A DNA stretch of 64,000 bases from Pseudovirgaria hyperparasitica (lineage: Eukaryota). The notes beneath the pieces are model-generated. The model worked only from the letters and a program-made list of their open reading frames with translations, was not told the origin of the DNA and did no database searches. The position numbers and the translations under genes are program-made. Location: assembly GCA_010093815.1 (NCBI GenBank), contig ML996568.1, one strand, 5' to 3'. Shown piece by piece: positions 25,110 through 38,083 of this stretch (within the stretch, counting starts at the first letter, position 1; every line of letters begins with the position of its first letter).

Positions 25110-26235
25110 ACTGCGCTGTATCCCTTTCGATCGCTCGAGCCCTCGTGTTGTTCAGTCCTCTTGACTGCGATCGTGCGCCGTAAGTAAAAATAGAGAGATG
25201 ATGAGAAAGACAACAATGGAGATGTCTCAGCCTCGCTTTTAGCAAACTTCGAGATCCTTTCGACTAATAGCTTCTTCAATTGGTCAAAAGCACAAGGCTA
25301 TGGCATTAGGCCTTCCAGTCCCACCTTTGATCACTGAGCCTTCACCCGCCTGGATAGCTGCATGCATATGTTCTTGCGTCCGGTGCAGTGCACTCATCCT
25401 GTCTTGAGACCATTGGTATGATCGCAAAGCTTTCCTGCGCGAACCCGTCGGCCTTACAGGCACTGAAACACCGTGCCGTTACCACTCATAAGACGGCCGT
25501 CTACCAGCGACATGAAACTCATGCCTTTGGACCTATTTTTGTGCACCTCTTTGCCGAATGGCATAGTTTGGGACCACGCAAGGCTGAAGCCTCGCAAGGC
25601 TCGCAGGTGTTCGGGTGGCGCAGAGTGCGCAGAGTGCCCAGGGCTACAGTGGCGCGAGCCAGTCAAAGCACGAATAGGGGCAGCCCCCAACACACCGTCC
25701 AGGCTTGCAAACCAAAACAGCGAGGGATCAACGACACGCAGCAAACTGGCGTCGAGCTGCACGCACAGCGATCAAGGAATGCATCATGCACAACTCCAAA
25801 CGACTTTGTGGAACACAGCGGCCTTGCTTAATAGGCTGGCCTCGAGCGCACTCTGTGATGTCGTGCATCCTGGTACTTTTCTCAAAAGTACCGCATTCCG
25901 GGCCAGCCTCGCGCGCTGTGCGATAAGATAGTAGAAGAACATTATTGCCGACAGGGAGGACTTGCGTTTGCTCTCCCAACGATATAATCTCAAGCCTTCG
26001 CTGTGCAGAAGTGCCAACGATCAACAGACGAGCCATCCAAAGGCGTCGCGTCGACATTCTGGACGACATCCATATCACGGGACCGAGCAGCGACAAGGCT
26101 ATCAACTGAGGGACCAGTCTCGTAGCCTTGCTAGAGAACGCCGCTGATAGCAAGGCGATAAAGAGCATACTAGTGGATTCGAAGTTTCTCTATCTTGCAT
26201 CTGCATGCGCCGCGGCCGATCACACAGAGGCAACC

Positions 26236-28920
26236 ATGGCGTCAATGATGCCTGACATAGTGGTGAGTGTAGACTTCGGCATGACCTGTAAGTGGTTTTG
26301 GTTTCACTCCCGTCAGAGAGGTCCGCTACACACGGCAAGCGAATAAGCTTACGGTAGGGCACTGTGGAGGAGTACACAAGGACCCGATATTTCATCCTAA
26401 AACTACCGCAACCTCCCGAATCTGTTTCTCGAAGCGATGTAGATCTTCAACCAACACTGACATCCTGTAGGCACGGGTGTCGCCTATCAGAACCTCTCCG
26501 TAGCCTCTGAGACAGTCCAATGGATTAATAAATGGCCGGGCCGTTCGCAAGCCGCCGAAAACAAGGTGCCGACTGCGCTCGTCTACCCACGCGAATTCTC
26601 TGGCGTACCCACATCATGGGGCTTCCAATCCGAAGAAGCGAGCGAGCAGCTCGATCACTCCAAAGTGTACCGCGAATGGTTCAAGGTCCTACTGGATCCG
26701 GCGCGACTGATCGAACAGCAAGCGAAGAATCCGCTCACCACGGCGAAAAGCGTCGATGAGATCAAGAAGTGGTACACCGACTACCTGTGCAAGCTGTACG
26801 GGACTATTGAGCGAAAACTTTCCGGACAGCTGAGTAGGCGGTGGGAGGATGCATGCGTGGAATACATCTTCAGCGTGCCGACGACGTGGAGTCCTCCGAT
26901 TGTCGAGAATTTTCGGGAAGTCATCGAAGCGGCTGGGTTCGGACAATGCGAGGACCATAGCGTGATAATCGATCTGACTGAAGCCGAAGCAGCAGCAGTG
27001 TTCTCCTCGCGAGAGACGCCAGGACTCTTCAAGACTGGGGATATTCTACTTGTTTGCGACGCTGGTGGGGGAACCACGGATCTATCGGTATTGCGCGTCA
27101 TGAACACAGATGGAGGGTCGCTCAGACTTGACCAGCTAGACATGGTGCACGGAGAAGCCATTGGGTCAACAGCGATCGACCGCTCATTTCAAGTGTTGGT
27201 AGAGAAACGACTTACCGAAGCCAACAAGCAGTATGCACTGGATATCGACATCCAAACGGCAGCGTGGGAGATGATGAAGAGCAAAGAATTCCAGAACGTG
27301 AAATGCGAAATGGGCTCCCCGGACGAGCCGCCGAGCTTCAAACTGCCGATCCGGGGGCTCCGGCCGGACTACAAAGACCTGATATCCGGAATCGAAGCCG
27401 GATTCATGACCTTCACGCTAGACGATCTCCAAAAGCTCTTCGACCGGCAAATCGACAAAGTCTGCCACTTGATCAATCGACAGCTCCAGACGATCCAGAA
27501 GAAGTATCCGCTCGAGCGCATCGCACACTTGGTTCTCTCCGGAGGCCTCGGGAATAGCGGATACGTCCACCAACGGCTTTCCCAACGGTACATGACACCG
27601 GACTGTCCGTGGCCGTGCGCCAAGGACATGCAGATCCGAACCAGCCCGGACCCCCAGCTTGCCGTTTGCAAGGGAATGATTGTGAATCGCGTGCAGAAGC
27701 TGCGCAGCAACAAGTCGCCGATTGGCATCCGCTGTTGCCGTGCATCGTACGGCTCGCTGTGCAAGGAGCTGTATAACCCGAACTACGCAGCTCATGCGAA
27801 CATACCCTCAGAGATAGACCCCCTGAATGGCAAGGAGTACGTCGTGAACGTAGTGGAATGGTACATTAAGAAGGTTTGGATGGTGCCCAGACATATTTAC
27901 ACAACTCAGTACTGACGTTGCCAGGGCGAACCGATCGACGCAGACGCGCCGATGATGAAGCAGTACAAGCGGCGCGTCCCAGCAGGAGACTCCAAACTCG
28001 AGATTGCCTCGTCCCTGGTGACATCCGACCTCGACGCACACAAGCTCCCATACAGACTCTCCCCAGGTAAGCACAACCAATGCTCTCACCTACTCTATCA
28101 CCATCTGACCAATCCCCTAAGACGTCCACCACATCTGCGACCTCTACGCCACCATCCCCGCGTCCGAAGGCATCCTCCACCGAAGCAGCCGCTTCAAGCC
28201 ATGGAAGAAGTCCCGCTCATACATGCGCATCGACTTTGAAATCAAGATCATCATCGGGCCTGCCGACCTGCGCTTCGAACTGTGTAAGCAGCACAACCTC
28301 CTGAATCCTCCCCCAGCTTCAGCAGCATTCTAATCATTGCATTCACAGGGCGTCAAGGCAGGAAAATGTCTGGCGAGCGCTCCATCAAAGTCGACTTTGC
28401 CCCGCTTGAAGACCCCACGCCCGTCTTCTCCCCTCACACCACTCAGCACGTCTCCCCTCTAACCGCACATCCCCCGAGCAAACACAACAGCAACAACAAT
28501 CACCAGAACAAAAACAACCACAACAACAACCACAACAGCAACAATCACCACCACAAAACCAACAGCCACAACAACAACCGCACCTCCCGCCAATCCACCA
28601 TCCCCCCCGAAGCAGACGGCCTCATCCCCGTTACCAACACCGACGAGCGCCGCAGGAGCCTCCTATACAACCCCAACCCCAACAACAGCCACCACAACCC
28701 CAAGCGCACCAGCACCAACACCATCACCAACATCAACACCACACCCACCCACACCCCATCCAGCGAACCCCACGCCCAACCCCCAAAGCCGCCCAGAGCC
28801 GTCTTCGGCGACAAGGAGATGCAAGGCGACAACGCACGCGGCTCGACGGCGAGTATACCGAGTATCATCGTCAGTCCGGTCGATGGGACGCTGATCGCGA
28901 CGGGGGATGTGTATCGGTGA
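26236..28920 (+). CDS. Atypical Hsp70-like ATPase (HSPA12-type fungal family) with low-complexity C-tail
   Basis: ATG 26236, intron 26288-26470 plus three further introns. Actin-fold motifs VDFGMTCTGV, KVPT, FSVPTTW, LTEAEAAA, VCDAGGGTTDLS, LVLSGGLGNS and AVCKG; no canonical substrate-binding domain or EEVD. The last exon runs to TGA at 28918-28920. Confidence 0.85.
28478..28580 (+). repeat. AAC/CAC trinucleotide-rich coding repeat (Asn/His tract)
   Basis: caacagcaacaacaatcaccagaacaaaaacaaccacaac... encodes KHNSNNNHQNKNNHNNNHNSNNHHHKTNSHNNN. Confidence 0.8.
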
Positions 28921-29898
28921 ATTTTGTTGTGGCTTGGGAGTGGGAGGCCCGTGGTGCGTGGGTGTTGGGATGGGATGGCATGGCGCCGCGTGATTTGATT
29001 TGTTTAGTTTGGTTTGGGTTGGTATGGGTTGGTTTACTACCAGTGCAAACAAGGACCACGGCCAGACTCTGGAAGGCTATATCGCCGAACATACAGAGCG
29101 TCTCTGAAAGAACACCAATACCGACACCAACATCACACCAAGCTCAAGCTCCGTCACGCGTATCGCACTCAAAGATACGATACGCTGCCATTCAGGTACA
29201 CCGTACCCCTCAGACGGCATATCTCTGCTAGATCGTCTGTGCGACATGTGTGGGGACATGTTATGATATGCATGATTATGCATGACTACGCTGGACGGAT
29301 ATGCGCAAGGTTGGTAGTGGTACATACCCATGCATACATGGATCGATGGGTGGATGCATGATTTGGATGGATGCATGAATGGTAGAGGGGTGGATATCTA
29401 TCATCAATCGCGGGCGTATACCCAGTGCCAAAATATGTCTGTGCATAGCATTTGACGCATTATTGATACGCATATGTATCTACGTGTACATATAAAAGTT
29501 CATTTATTCATATCAACTTGAACATTTTAACGTGCTTAAGTATCGTGGCTTGTTGATCTGATACTGATCCGCTCATAGTGAGTGCATACATAGGTAGTGT
29601 GGGTGTATCACTAGGTGCGGTTTCTACATACGGAATTTCTGATTGAAATGGGGTATATATATAGAGGTCTTAGGTAGTAGATGCATACATTATATATCCG
29701 CGCGCGAAGCGAGATGTTGTAGATGACGATGGATATGGGGAGGTGGAAGATGGCGAGGAGGGCTATACCGCAAGAGCGCTCCTCAATAACTCGCATCGCA
29801 TATCATGCATGTGCGGCACAGGATACATCCAATTCCACACACCACACCATCCCCTATACAAGCATCGAGCAAATCGCGCTCTTCATCCCTCAAGCGGT

Positions 29899-31628
29899 TT
29901 AGACCTTCTCAGCCTGCACCGCCTGCCCGTCAAAACTGCTCTCGCTCTGCATATTTTTCAAGCCCATCTGACTCGTGTCGTAGCCGTTCTGGCTCAGATA
30001 CTCCCTAAACTTGACATCTTCCTGCTCAATCGTGTCCTGGTCAATCGGCGGCAAGAACCACACCAAAACACCCGCAAGCACCGCCAGGCTGCTGCCCACA
30101 AAGAATGGATCCTGGCCCGCACGCGTATCGTTTGGTGCATTGTTGATCACGATCGGGATTACGTAGCTTCCGACAAAGGCGCCTACTTTGCCCATTGCGG
30201 CGGCAATCCCGTAGTAGCGGCCGCGAATCGCGGTGGCGGAGGTCTTGGACGCGACGAGGCCGATATTGTCGCCTGGCCCGGCTTCGCCAAAGGCGAGGAA
30301 GAGGCCGTATACGACAACGAATCCGCCAATGTTGGCTGGGTCTTTGAGCTTGCTGTAGGCTCCGGCCTGCTAATAGTCAGTATGAGCGTTGTTGGCTAGA
30401 AAAAAAGGCTTACCATAATGAAACCGACGATGGCCTGCAGAAACACACCGATAGCAAGCGTCTTCTTCGGGCCAAGCCACGGAATATCAGCAAGGAAAGC
30501 ACCGGCGATGCAACCTGGCATGTAGAAGAAGGTGATGAGGGTGTTCCAGCCGAAAGATTTCCAGAGCGCGGTGTTCTCACCAAGGAGGTTGTCGATGATG
30601 GTGGAGGAGTATATGCCGAAGGAGTAGGCGGAAAAGTCGTAGATGAACCAGATTGTGGATACAATCAGCAGTCGGAACCAGTAGTATTTGATAATGAGGA
30701 CCCAAGGGGTCTGGGCCTTGACCATAGACTCGCGCTGGAAGGCTTCTGGTTCTTGGAGTTTGATCCGCATGTAGAGGAGCGATAGAGGCGGGATTACACC
30801 CAAGCCCAGGCAAATGCGCCAAGCGACACGCAGATGCGACTCGGTCGTGATGAGCACCTGGGCACAACATGAGAAGCAGACTAGCAAGAAACGCACGGAG
30901 AGACACTTACAACAATCATGGGCACGATTGCCGCAACGAGAAAGCCGAAATCAATCTGCACATTGGTGAACATGATGAACCAACGATTTCTCGTTCCAGC
31001 CTTGAGCTCCCCTGTGCTCTCAGCACAACCGACACTGCCAGCTGGATATTCACCACCAATGCCAATACCAAGCAAGAAGCGAAACGCAGCGAGGGCAGCG
31101 AAGAGACCGGAGGTGCTGCCACCGGCACCATAGGAGCCAGCGCCAAGAGCAGCAAAGAGGATGATGATGAGGGTGGAGACGAAAAGCGACCATTTGCGCG
31201 AGATGGCATCAGACGACCAACCAAAGAACAGCTGCAAACTGTCAACAGACAATCAAAGCGCGATAGGATCGCAGGAGACATACCATGCCCATCACAGTTC
31301 CAGCGAAGGCGAGAGAGCCCACATTCCTCTGCGCCGGCGAGTTCTTGTAGGTGGTCGGGTAGATGTTCGAGAGCATGGTAGACACCGAGCCGATAACACC
31401 ATTCAGGTATCCGTCTGAGAACTATACACAATCAGATATGGTTCTCTGGTCGCCAGTGATGGCGAAAGTCCAATGTCGACTTACAAGTCCAGCGCCACAA
31501 GCAATGACGGGCCACATGCGCTCCCAACGACCCTTTTCCGTGTCGACCAAGCTCGCTCTACGTATGGCAGCATCGTCAGAGGACGAGCTCCGGTCGTTTG
31601 CGCCGGCGACGGGGACCTCTTTGCTCAT
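29899..31628 (-). CDS. GIT1: MFS glycerophosphoinositol/glycerophosphodiester permease (Git1-like)
   Basis: Five exons. ACGAGLFSDGYLN, FRFLLGIGIGGEYPAGSV, WFIYDFSAYSFGIYS, GEAGPGDNIGL and GKVGAFVG motifs. Confidence 0.8.
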
Positions 31629-33326
31629 GGTTTCGGATGCGAATACACAGGACGTGGGGAGAGGTCGCGCGTACTTAGAGCATCAACGGCGCCAGCGAGA
31701 GTGGCAGGTGGAGGAGGAGTAGGAGGCGAAGTAAATGAAGAAGACGACGAAGAGTGGAGGGTGACGAGCCAGGAGTGAAGAGAAAAAGATGTCACGACAA
31801 CAGGCGGGCCGACTGCATCTTTTAGAGCCGTCGGATCGCCGGTGTAATAGACGGATGGGTGATCCAGTGTGATGGAGTGATCCATGTGAGTGAGTGTTAG
31901 AGAGTGGGAGAGAGAGGGTCCACACCACCACCACCAGGGTCTACACTGCTACAGTACTACTGCAAGTAACCCAACACCTCCCGCTCTGCCCCACGCCGCC
32001 AAATGGTCAATTGGGCCCCATATCTCGAGAATATCTTCAACCAGCTAATCAAAAGTAAACTACTAATGCACCATCTGACCCAGCCGTGCATGTAAGTCTT
32101 GGGAGTCTGGCGCATCGAATACTACTACCGACTGTGCCACAGCCTTCACCTCCCGAGCGGTCTATGTACAGTATCAGCAGCAACCCACCGCGACAAGCTT
32201 TTTTCTCTTCGCGGCCAACAAGACAAGACGAGCGACAAATCGCGCATTTCGATCTAGTCACATAATAATTAGTAGAAGAAAAAAAAGAGGTCTGACAAGC
32301 GAGCGAAACGTCTGCGCAGGGCTCTGTTCGCGGCCAGCACTCTCAGTCTTGGCCCCCCGAATGCTTCGATGGCGCTGGAGGTGGATCAGGTGGCGCCGGC
32401 GGTCGCGTTTTGTACATGGGATAATGTATATAGTACGGTCGCTAACTAAAGCTTGGCCAACCGTCATCTCTGGTGAGCCCATGTGGGTGACAGGGACTTG
32501 ATCTGCGAACCACAATTGTGTAGTTCATGTACCATTCCTACCAAGAATAACAATGACATGTAGACCATCGCGTGTCAGAGGCTTGGGGCTGTTTCGTTGT
32601 CGTCGCAGACCTAGAAGTCTCTGCGGCTCATGTTCCGGCCAGTGATGCGGACAATGACTCGTGTGTGTTTATCTGCATCCTTGCCTTGCCGTATCTTCTC
32701 TCTGTGCTGGTAGTTGAGCTGTCAGGGTCGGCAATAGCCGCACAGTTGGTCCCTTTCGGATATTGATGAGTAGAGAGGAAGGTGACGAGTCAGTGTTGTT
32801 TGTGTTTCGTGCCAATCGAGTATTTTTCGAGAGCACGTGTGGTTTTTGGATAATATGAGAAGAAGATGGGGATGATGAAGAGAAATGGTGATAGAGAGAA
32901 GGAGAAGGAGAAGGATCTGCAATGGATGTTCTGTTGGGACAGTTCCAGTGGATGGCTTGTGGAGGATTCGGTTAGAGTACACAGAGATGTCTCTCCTGGC
33001 CGTCTGGAAGATGACTTGGATCTCTGGCTGCTTCTGCCAGACTCTCCTCCATGCTTGCTATGTTCTCATGCTGTAGCTTTGATCATTATACATAACCTCA
33101 CTCCTCTGTTCTAAGGAGGTGGATGGTCCATGTAGCCCACTAAATATATACAGACATTGCCTGTCTCATGTAAATGTCGAAAAACTGTGATAATGCATGT
33201 ATCGAAAGCGGATCTTTTGCGCTCTACCTCCTCGTTCTAACCGCAGCTGACTGACCGTTTCGAGTCGTGCATTCAATGGCCAGACTCTTGATGCGTCGCG
33301 GGCTATCCAGAATCTCTCACTCGCCC

Positions 33327-35671
33327 TCATTTCCTTCCCTCACCCCCCTTGTCGCTATTCGACCGACACGTCAAAACATATCCCACACTCGCTTCATCCG
33401 GAAACCTCGCGCCCTCCCCATCGCTAGTCTCCCCCGTCAGCATAACCTCCTTCGTCATAAACTCGTCCCCATCCATCCACCTATACCGCCAATGAAACAC
33501 AACCGTCTGTAGAAACAGCGCAACCGCCGGCGCCACCCACATCCAAATCAAATACGGATCCGCAATCCACGGTGTCAGGATCTGGTTCAACGCTGCGCTT
33601 AGCGCACCCATGAACAGGAACAGCGCCATCACGAGACTCTTCAGATGCTTGGGTGCCCGCGCATACGCGATTTCGTACGCCGTCACCTGGCAGAAGAGTT
33701 CGGACACGGCGCTGAGCACGACCGTGGGCATTTGGAGCCAGACGCTGTAGTGGCTGACGCCGGTGCCGGTCTCGCAGCCCGTCGCGTAGTAGCCGCACGG
33801 TGAGGTCTTGTAGATGTAGTATTGGAGCACTGCGCCGGAGATGTTGGAGGCGACGGCGAGGAGGAAGCCGAATGTGATGCGCGAGATGCGGCCAAAGCGG
33901 ATATGGAAGTGTGCGAGGGTTGGATAGACGATGTAGGTGAGTATGGGGACTGTGGAAAGGGGGTTAGTCGGATGTAAAACCGTGGCCAGATTCGTAATAA
34001 CATACCAGCTACGATGATGACAAGCGCGGCAAAGTTACCAAGCAGGTCGTTTGGCGTTCTAGATACAGTCAGTAATTATACACAAAAGAGGACGATATAC
34101 GTATACTGACCCGTTCGTCGTCAGCGTGCTCGCCTGACTGTACAGTACACTCCCGATACCGCCTTTGAAGTAATATATCGGAAAGTACAGGAACATCCCA
34201 CACGCCGACACAACTCTCCTGACATCCTTCACATACTGATCATCCCAACTAGACCAAATATCAGTTGACGATCAGTTTCAACAAGGCGAGCCAGTCTATA
34301 TCTGTACTTACGTGACATTAGCACGTACACGCATGCCCACTGGCATGATGCTCGGCCTCGCGTTCTCCCAGAACTGATCGCCCCACATCTTGCCCTTGCT
34401 ACGGGCGATCGCCATGCGCAGGACCCGGAAGAAGTTGGTGAGCTCGGAGCCGTCGACTTTTCGGCGATATGTGCGCTTGTAGGTGAAGGCAAGAAGCAAG
34501 GGAAGAAGGAGATAGACGACTGTTGGGACCAGGAAAGCAAGCCAGTAGCCGACGTACTTTTCAATGTAGACTGTAGAGATGGGGAGGAAGGCACCCATAT
34601 TGACTGCATGGTCGTTAATATGGCTGGCGCTAGGAGAGAAGTATGGAATGATCCATACCAAAGGCATAGTAGAGCATTGAGATACGGGAGATGGTGAGTT
34701 CGGGGTCTACAATTACTTTCTCCCCAGACTTGAGCACTTTCGTGTACGGACGCTGGATCCTGTACTGATCAAGAATCAGAGGCAAGATACTTGGCTTGAA
34801 GATTCCTATTTCAAGTCAGTAACATAATTCCATATTGATGCGTGGTACACTCGCCAGCTCCAATAGCCAACAGAAACAACCCAATGATGAACGGCGCCGT
34901 GCCATTGCCAGCTTGCAACACACTTGGTATCGCCCCAATGACTTGGATAATATGCGCAAGTCCAGCAATCAAGACGCCTTTGGCCCATTAGCTATACCTT
35001 CCCAACATGCCTATGACAGCACTCACCAAGTGTGATGGCCGGATATCTCCCAATCTTCGCGTCTGCCAGCCATGCCCCCAGAATTGGCATGGCGTACGCA
35101 AGAAAAGTAAACAGAAGCACAAACGCGCTTGCAAATTGCAATCCTTTGTTCAGTGCACCAGCTGTATCCTGAGTACCCTTCTGTGGCGCACCAGCTCCAT
35201 TCCCGCCCTGGCCAAATATCATGTCAGAATTTCCGTGAGAACTGCCCGGATGACGACAGTCAAATACGCAACTTACATCAGGTAGTGGAAACTGGATGAA
35301 GTTTGAAAAGATGCTCGTTGTCCCATAGTACGATGCGCGCTCCGCAAGTTCAATAATACATAGTAGCCACGCGACCCAGGAGATACTTCCATGCACTTTG
35401 CGCAGTGTTGTCAGTTCCTCCTCGGTTGGAACAGGGTACTCGGTTGGATCCAGATCATCAGTCTCCAGAGAATTGCGATTGCGTGGGCTGGAGAAGTCGT
35501 CGAGTTCGACGTCTTGCGGGACGACGCCTGTCTTGTGGGCTTGTCTATTAACCACTGAACTAGGAGTCGTCGAAGCGATAACGTCTGAGATGATCGGTTG
35601 CTCTGACGAGGACGCTGTTGATCTATTAGCATTACATAATCTAGGGACAGATTATCGGATCATTTACCCAT
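33327..35671 (-). CDS. PTR2: Proton-dependent oligopeptide transporter (POT/PTR2 family)
   Basis: IELAERASYYG (ExxERxxYY), GAGAP..GAL..GLQFAS, GIFKPSILPLILDQ, VNMGAF and AYEIAYARAP motifs. Probable 4-nt first coding exon ATGG (35668-35671) and several introns. Confidence 0.88.
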
Positions 35672-36214
35672 GGTTATGGTTCTGACAGGTTTTAGAAGCA
35701 CACCAGAAGGATGCAAAGAAGGAAAAGGTTCTTGTTCTTGAGAGAAACCGCCATTCGTTTATCGAGGTCAAGTAGGGTGCATGCATGGATGGGCACTAAG
35801 ATTAAACGAAGGATCCATTCATTGTCCTTGAAGTCCATTGTAACTCTGTAATGGCGGGGCTGCTGATACTTCTGCCTTATTGGGATTAATCGACGTTGCA
35901 CCCGTTGTCCAACTGTGATAGCGTTGATGGGGGCGCAATCCATAGTTGAGATGTCGCATAGCCCTTATCATTCACGCCAACCATATGCCTAACCTCTAAG
36001 CTCGCTATAGGGTCACGTTTTGTGCCAATATGCTGTCTGCAAGGCACCATCCTTAGTGTATAAACTGTTAATGCCTTTTGTCTATTTGCAAGCACAATCA
36101 CAAGTTCTCACGAATATCAATTATTGAATCGTCCATGAATCTGGCTGTTTTTGTGAGGTGTTGTGGATTCTTACAACATCTTGTGCGACCTATACTTAAT
36201 AGTGTCTCTATGCT

Positions 36215-37786
36215 CTAGCCTCGCTCACTGCCACGTAATCTCACTGACTGCCCGTACTTCTGTAACTTCGTGATGAGCGCATCTCCCTGCTTGACGACGT
36301 CATTGTATTGCTTGTTCTTGTCGTCGGGCCGGTTCGTCTCGATTATACCCTTCACGCGATCGATCGTGCAAGGAACGCGATCTCCTGCGATAAACTTGGA
36401 GAGGTCCCTAAGATGAGGGTCAGCTTACAATCCGACGTGATTGCAATACCGAACAGTGATAAATGACGTACCTATCCAGGAAATCGACCGTCACTCCAAA
36501 GTCATCTGCCATGCTCTGGAGGCCAACAACTCTGTAGCTTTGCAGAAGTTGCTGGTAGCCTCGAAGACGCATTTCTCGAACATACCATCCCTTGTGCTCG
36601 TACAAATATCTATCCTTGCATAGAAAATTGTCTTCCACGGCTGCCAAGGCGGCGAAGAATCCTGAGTAGTTGCCGGTATAGAGACTGTTGACCAAATTCG
36701 CGAGGGGACCGAAGTCAACTGGGGCTTCGTCTTGGGCAGCTGTGTTCTGACCTAATGTGGTCAGATTGACGATGGCGGGCGTGGCAGTCGATTTCGGAGC
36801 GTCAGACATCTCTTCATCTCCAGCAGCTGGTCCTGATGAGATTGCCCCTGAGAGAGCAGCCATCTTCTCCTCAGCATCGCCAAGAATAGCTTTGATTTCA
36901 GGTGCGTCGACCACCTTTGACTTGAAGTCTACGCGTTTGAGTGCGACTGAACCGGACAGCACGGCGTACACAACGAGAGACGGGTAGTTGCAGAGCTCGT
37001 AACTGGTGAATGTGGATAGACTATCGAGAAGTAGGGGCGCGGCGGAACTATAGGACCGGACAGTGAGCAGATGGAGACCTTGGTAGGCCTTCAAACGATT
37101 GCGTCTGTCCCAGTCACCACCGCTCTCTACAAGCGTGGCGCATCGCTCGATGTTCTTCTTCACCAATATCTTGTCTCCAAAGAACAAACCGACGCGAATG
37201 ATAGCTAAGACAAGGTCGATCTTTGTGCCCAAAATGCCTGTCTTCTCAAAGACAGCTTCGAATCCTGCGATCGCTTTTTCCTAGGGGCGTGTCAGTCATA
37301 CTCATGGTCAGAATTAGGATTCAAATAGACCTTGTCGCCGGTTCTTGTCCAGAGCTCAGCCCGTTTGCCTCTTGCTTGTTGTATCTCTGTCTCGCCCGCG
37401 GCCTCAGTTGCCTCATCCTCTTCCTTCTGTATCGCTTCCAGCTCCTTTTCGTTCTCGGATTTCAGCTCCTCGTACAATTTCTCATTCCAAGGTAGAACTA
37501 CGTCTAGTGTAGGACTCCGAGTAGCTAGCATGCTTGCAGCGTTTGAAGATGGTCTTCGGTTGCCTGGAGACTTCTGTGCGGATCCTTCACCTAGCGCATT
37601 CAATATACCCTCCGTAGGATGCGCAAGATACCTATAGAGAGGTGCCATTGTGTGCTCTTTGATGGCATTTTGAAGAGCTTTAACGGATGACTGCTTCACG
37701 GCCTTGGGGCAGTGAGGATTGGATATTTGAAAGATATTTTGGGCGAGTTGGAGGTCAGGGTACTTGGCATATTGAGGTTCACCCAT
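36215..37786 (-). CDS. RPN7: 26S proteasome regulatory subunit Rpn7
   Basis: Three exons. MAPLYRYL, GGDWDRRNRLKAYQG, YVREMRLRGYQQLLQSY and CTIDRVKGIIETNRPDDKNKQY; stop TAG at 36215-36217. Confidence 0.95.
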
Positions 37787-37933
37787 TTTGTCTGACGGCG
37801 AAGATGGTGGTAGAGCTATACTGCGAGGCGAAACAGAGGAGATGGGAGATTGTGTATAAGCTTTTCAGATGTTGACCATATCGCCTGCTCACTTCAGGTC
37901 GGCGATGGCGGAGGGCCGTCAAAATGTGGTCCA

Positions 37934-37939
37934 AGCTCC
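37934..37939 (-). promoter_or_regulatory. Possible filamentous-fungal Rpn4 site (GGAGCT) in the RPN7/ABD1 bidirectional promoter
   Basis: AGCTCC on + (GGAGCT on -), about 150 bp upstream of the RPN7 ATG. GGAGCT has been associated with proteasome genes in Neurospora. It is a single hexamer, so chance is possible. Confidence 0.3.
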
Positions 37940-38083
37940 AGCGGCTAAGCTACGGTTTGCATCACTTCTGGGTCGTCGTCGAAGCCCCTAATAGCTTTCC
38001 AGAGGTCGACTTTTCACTAGAATTTCATGAGATACTTCCTGGGTAATATTTCAGAGTGCTCCTTCGAGTGCCCATAGTACGAC

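Noticed and set aside
25153..25225. Hydrophobic in-frame stretch (ISIVVFLIISLFLLTA) upstream of the membrane protein as a signal peptide
   Set aside because: It is bounded by TGA stops on both sides with no ATG, and pyrimidine-rich 5' UTRs translate to such residues by chance.
28795..28920. HET-s-like amyloid motif at the Hsp70 C-terminus (..TGDVY)
   Set aside because: Only the G-D-x-Y end matches; prolines and the lack of the Asn ladder and pseudo-repeat argue against it.
32834..32839. CACGTG Pho4/Nuc-1 site for the Git1-like permease
   Set aside because: It is a single hexamer 1.2 kb from the ATG, and the same hexamer occurs at unrelated positions in the window.
35846..35856. CTGTAATGGC, like the fungal SRP RNA Alu domain
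   Set aside because: The flanking stem does not pair, and no helix-8 SRP54 motif lies downstream.
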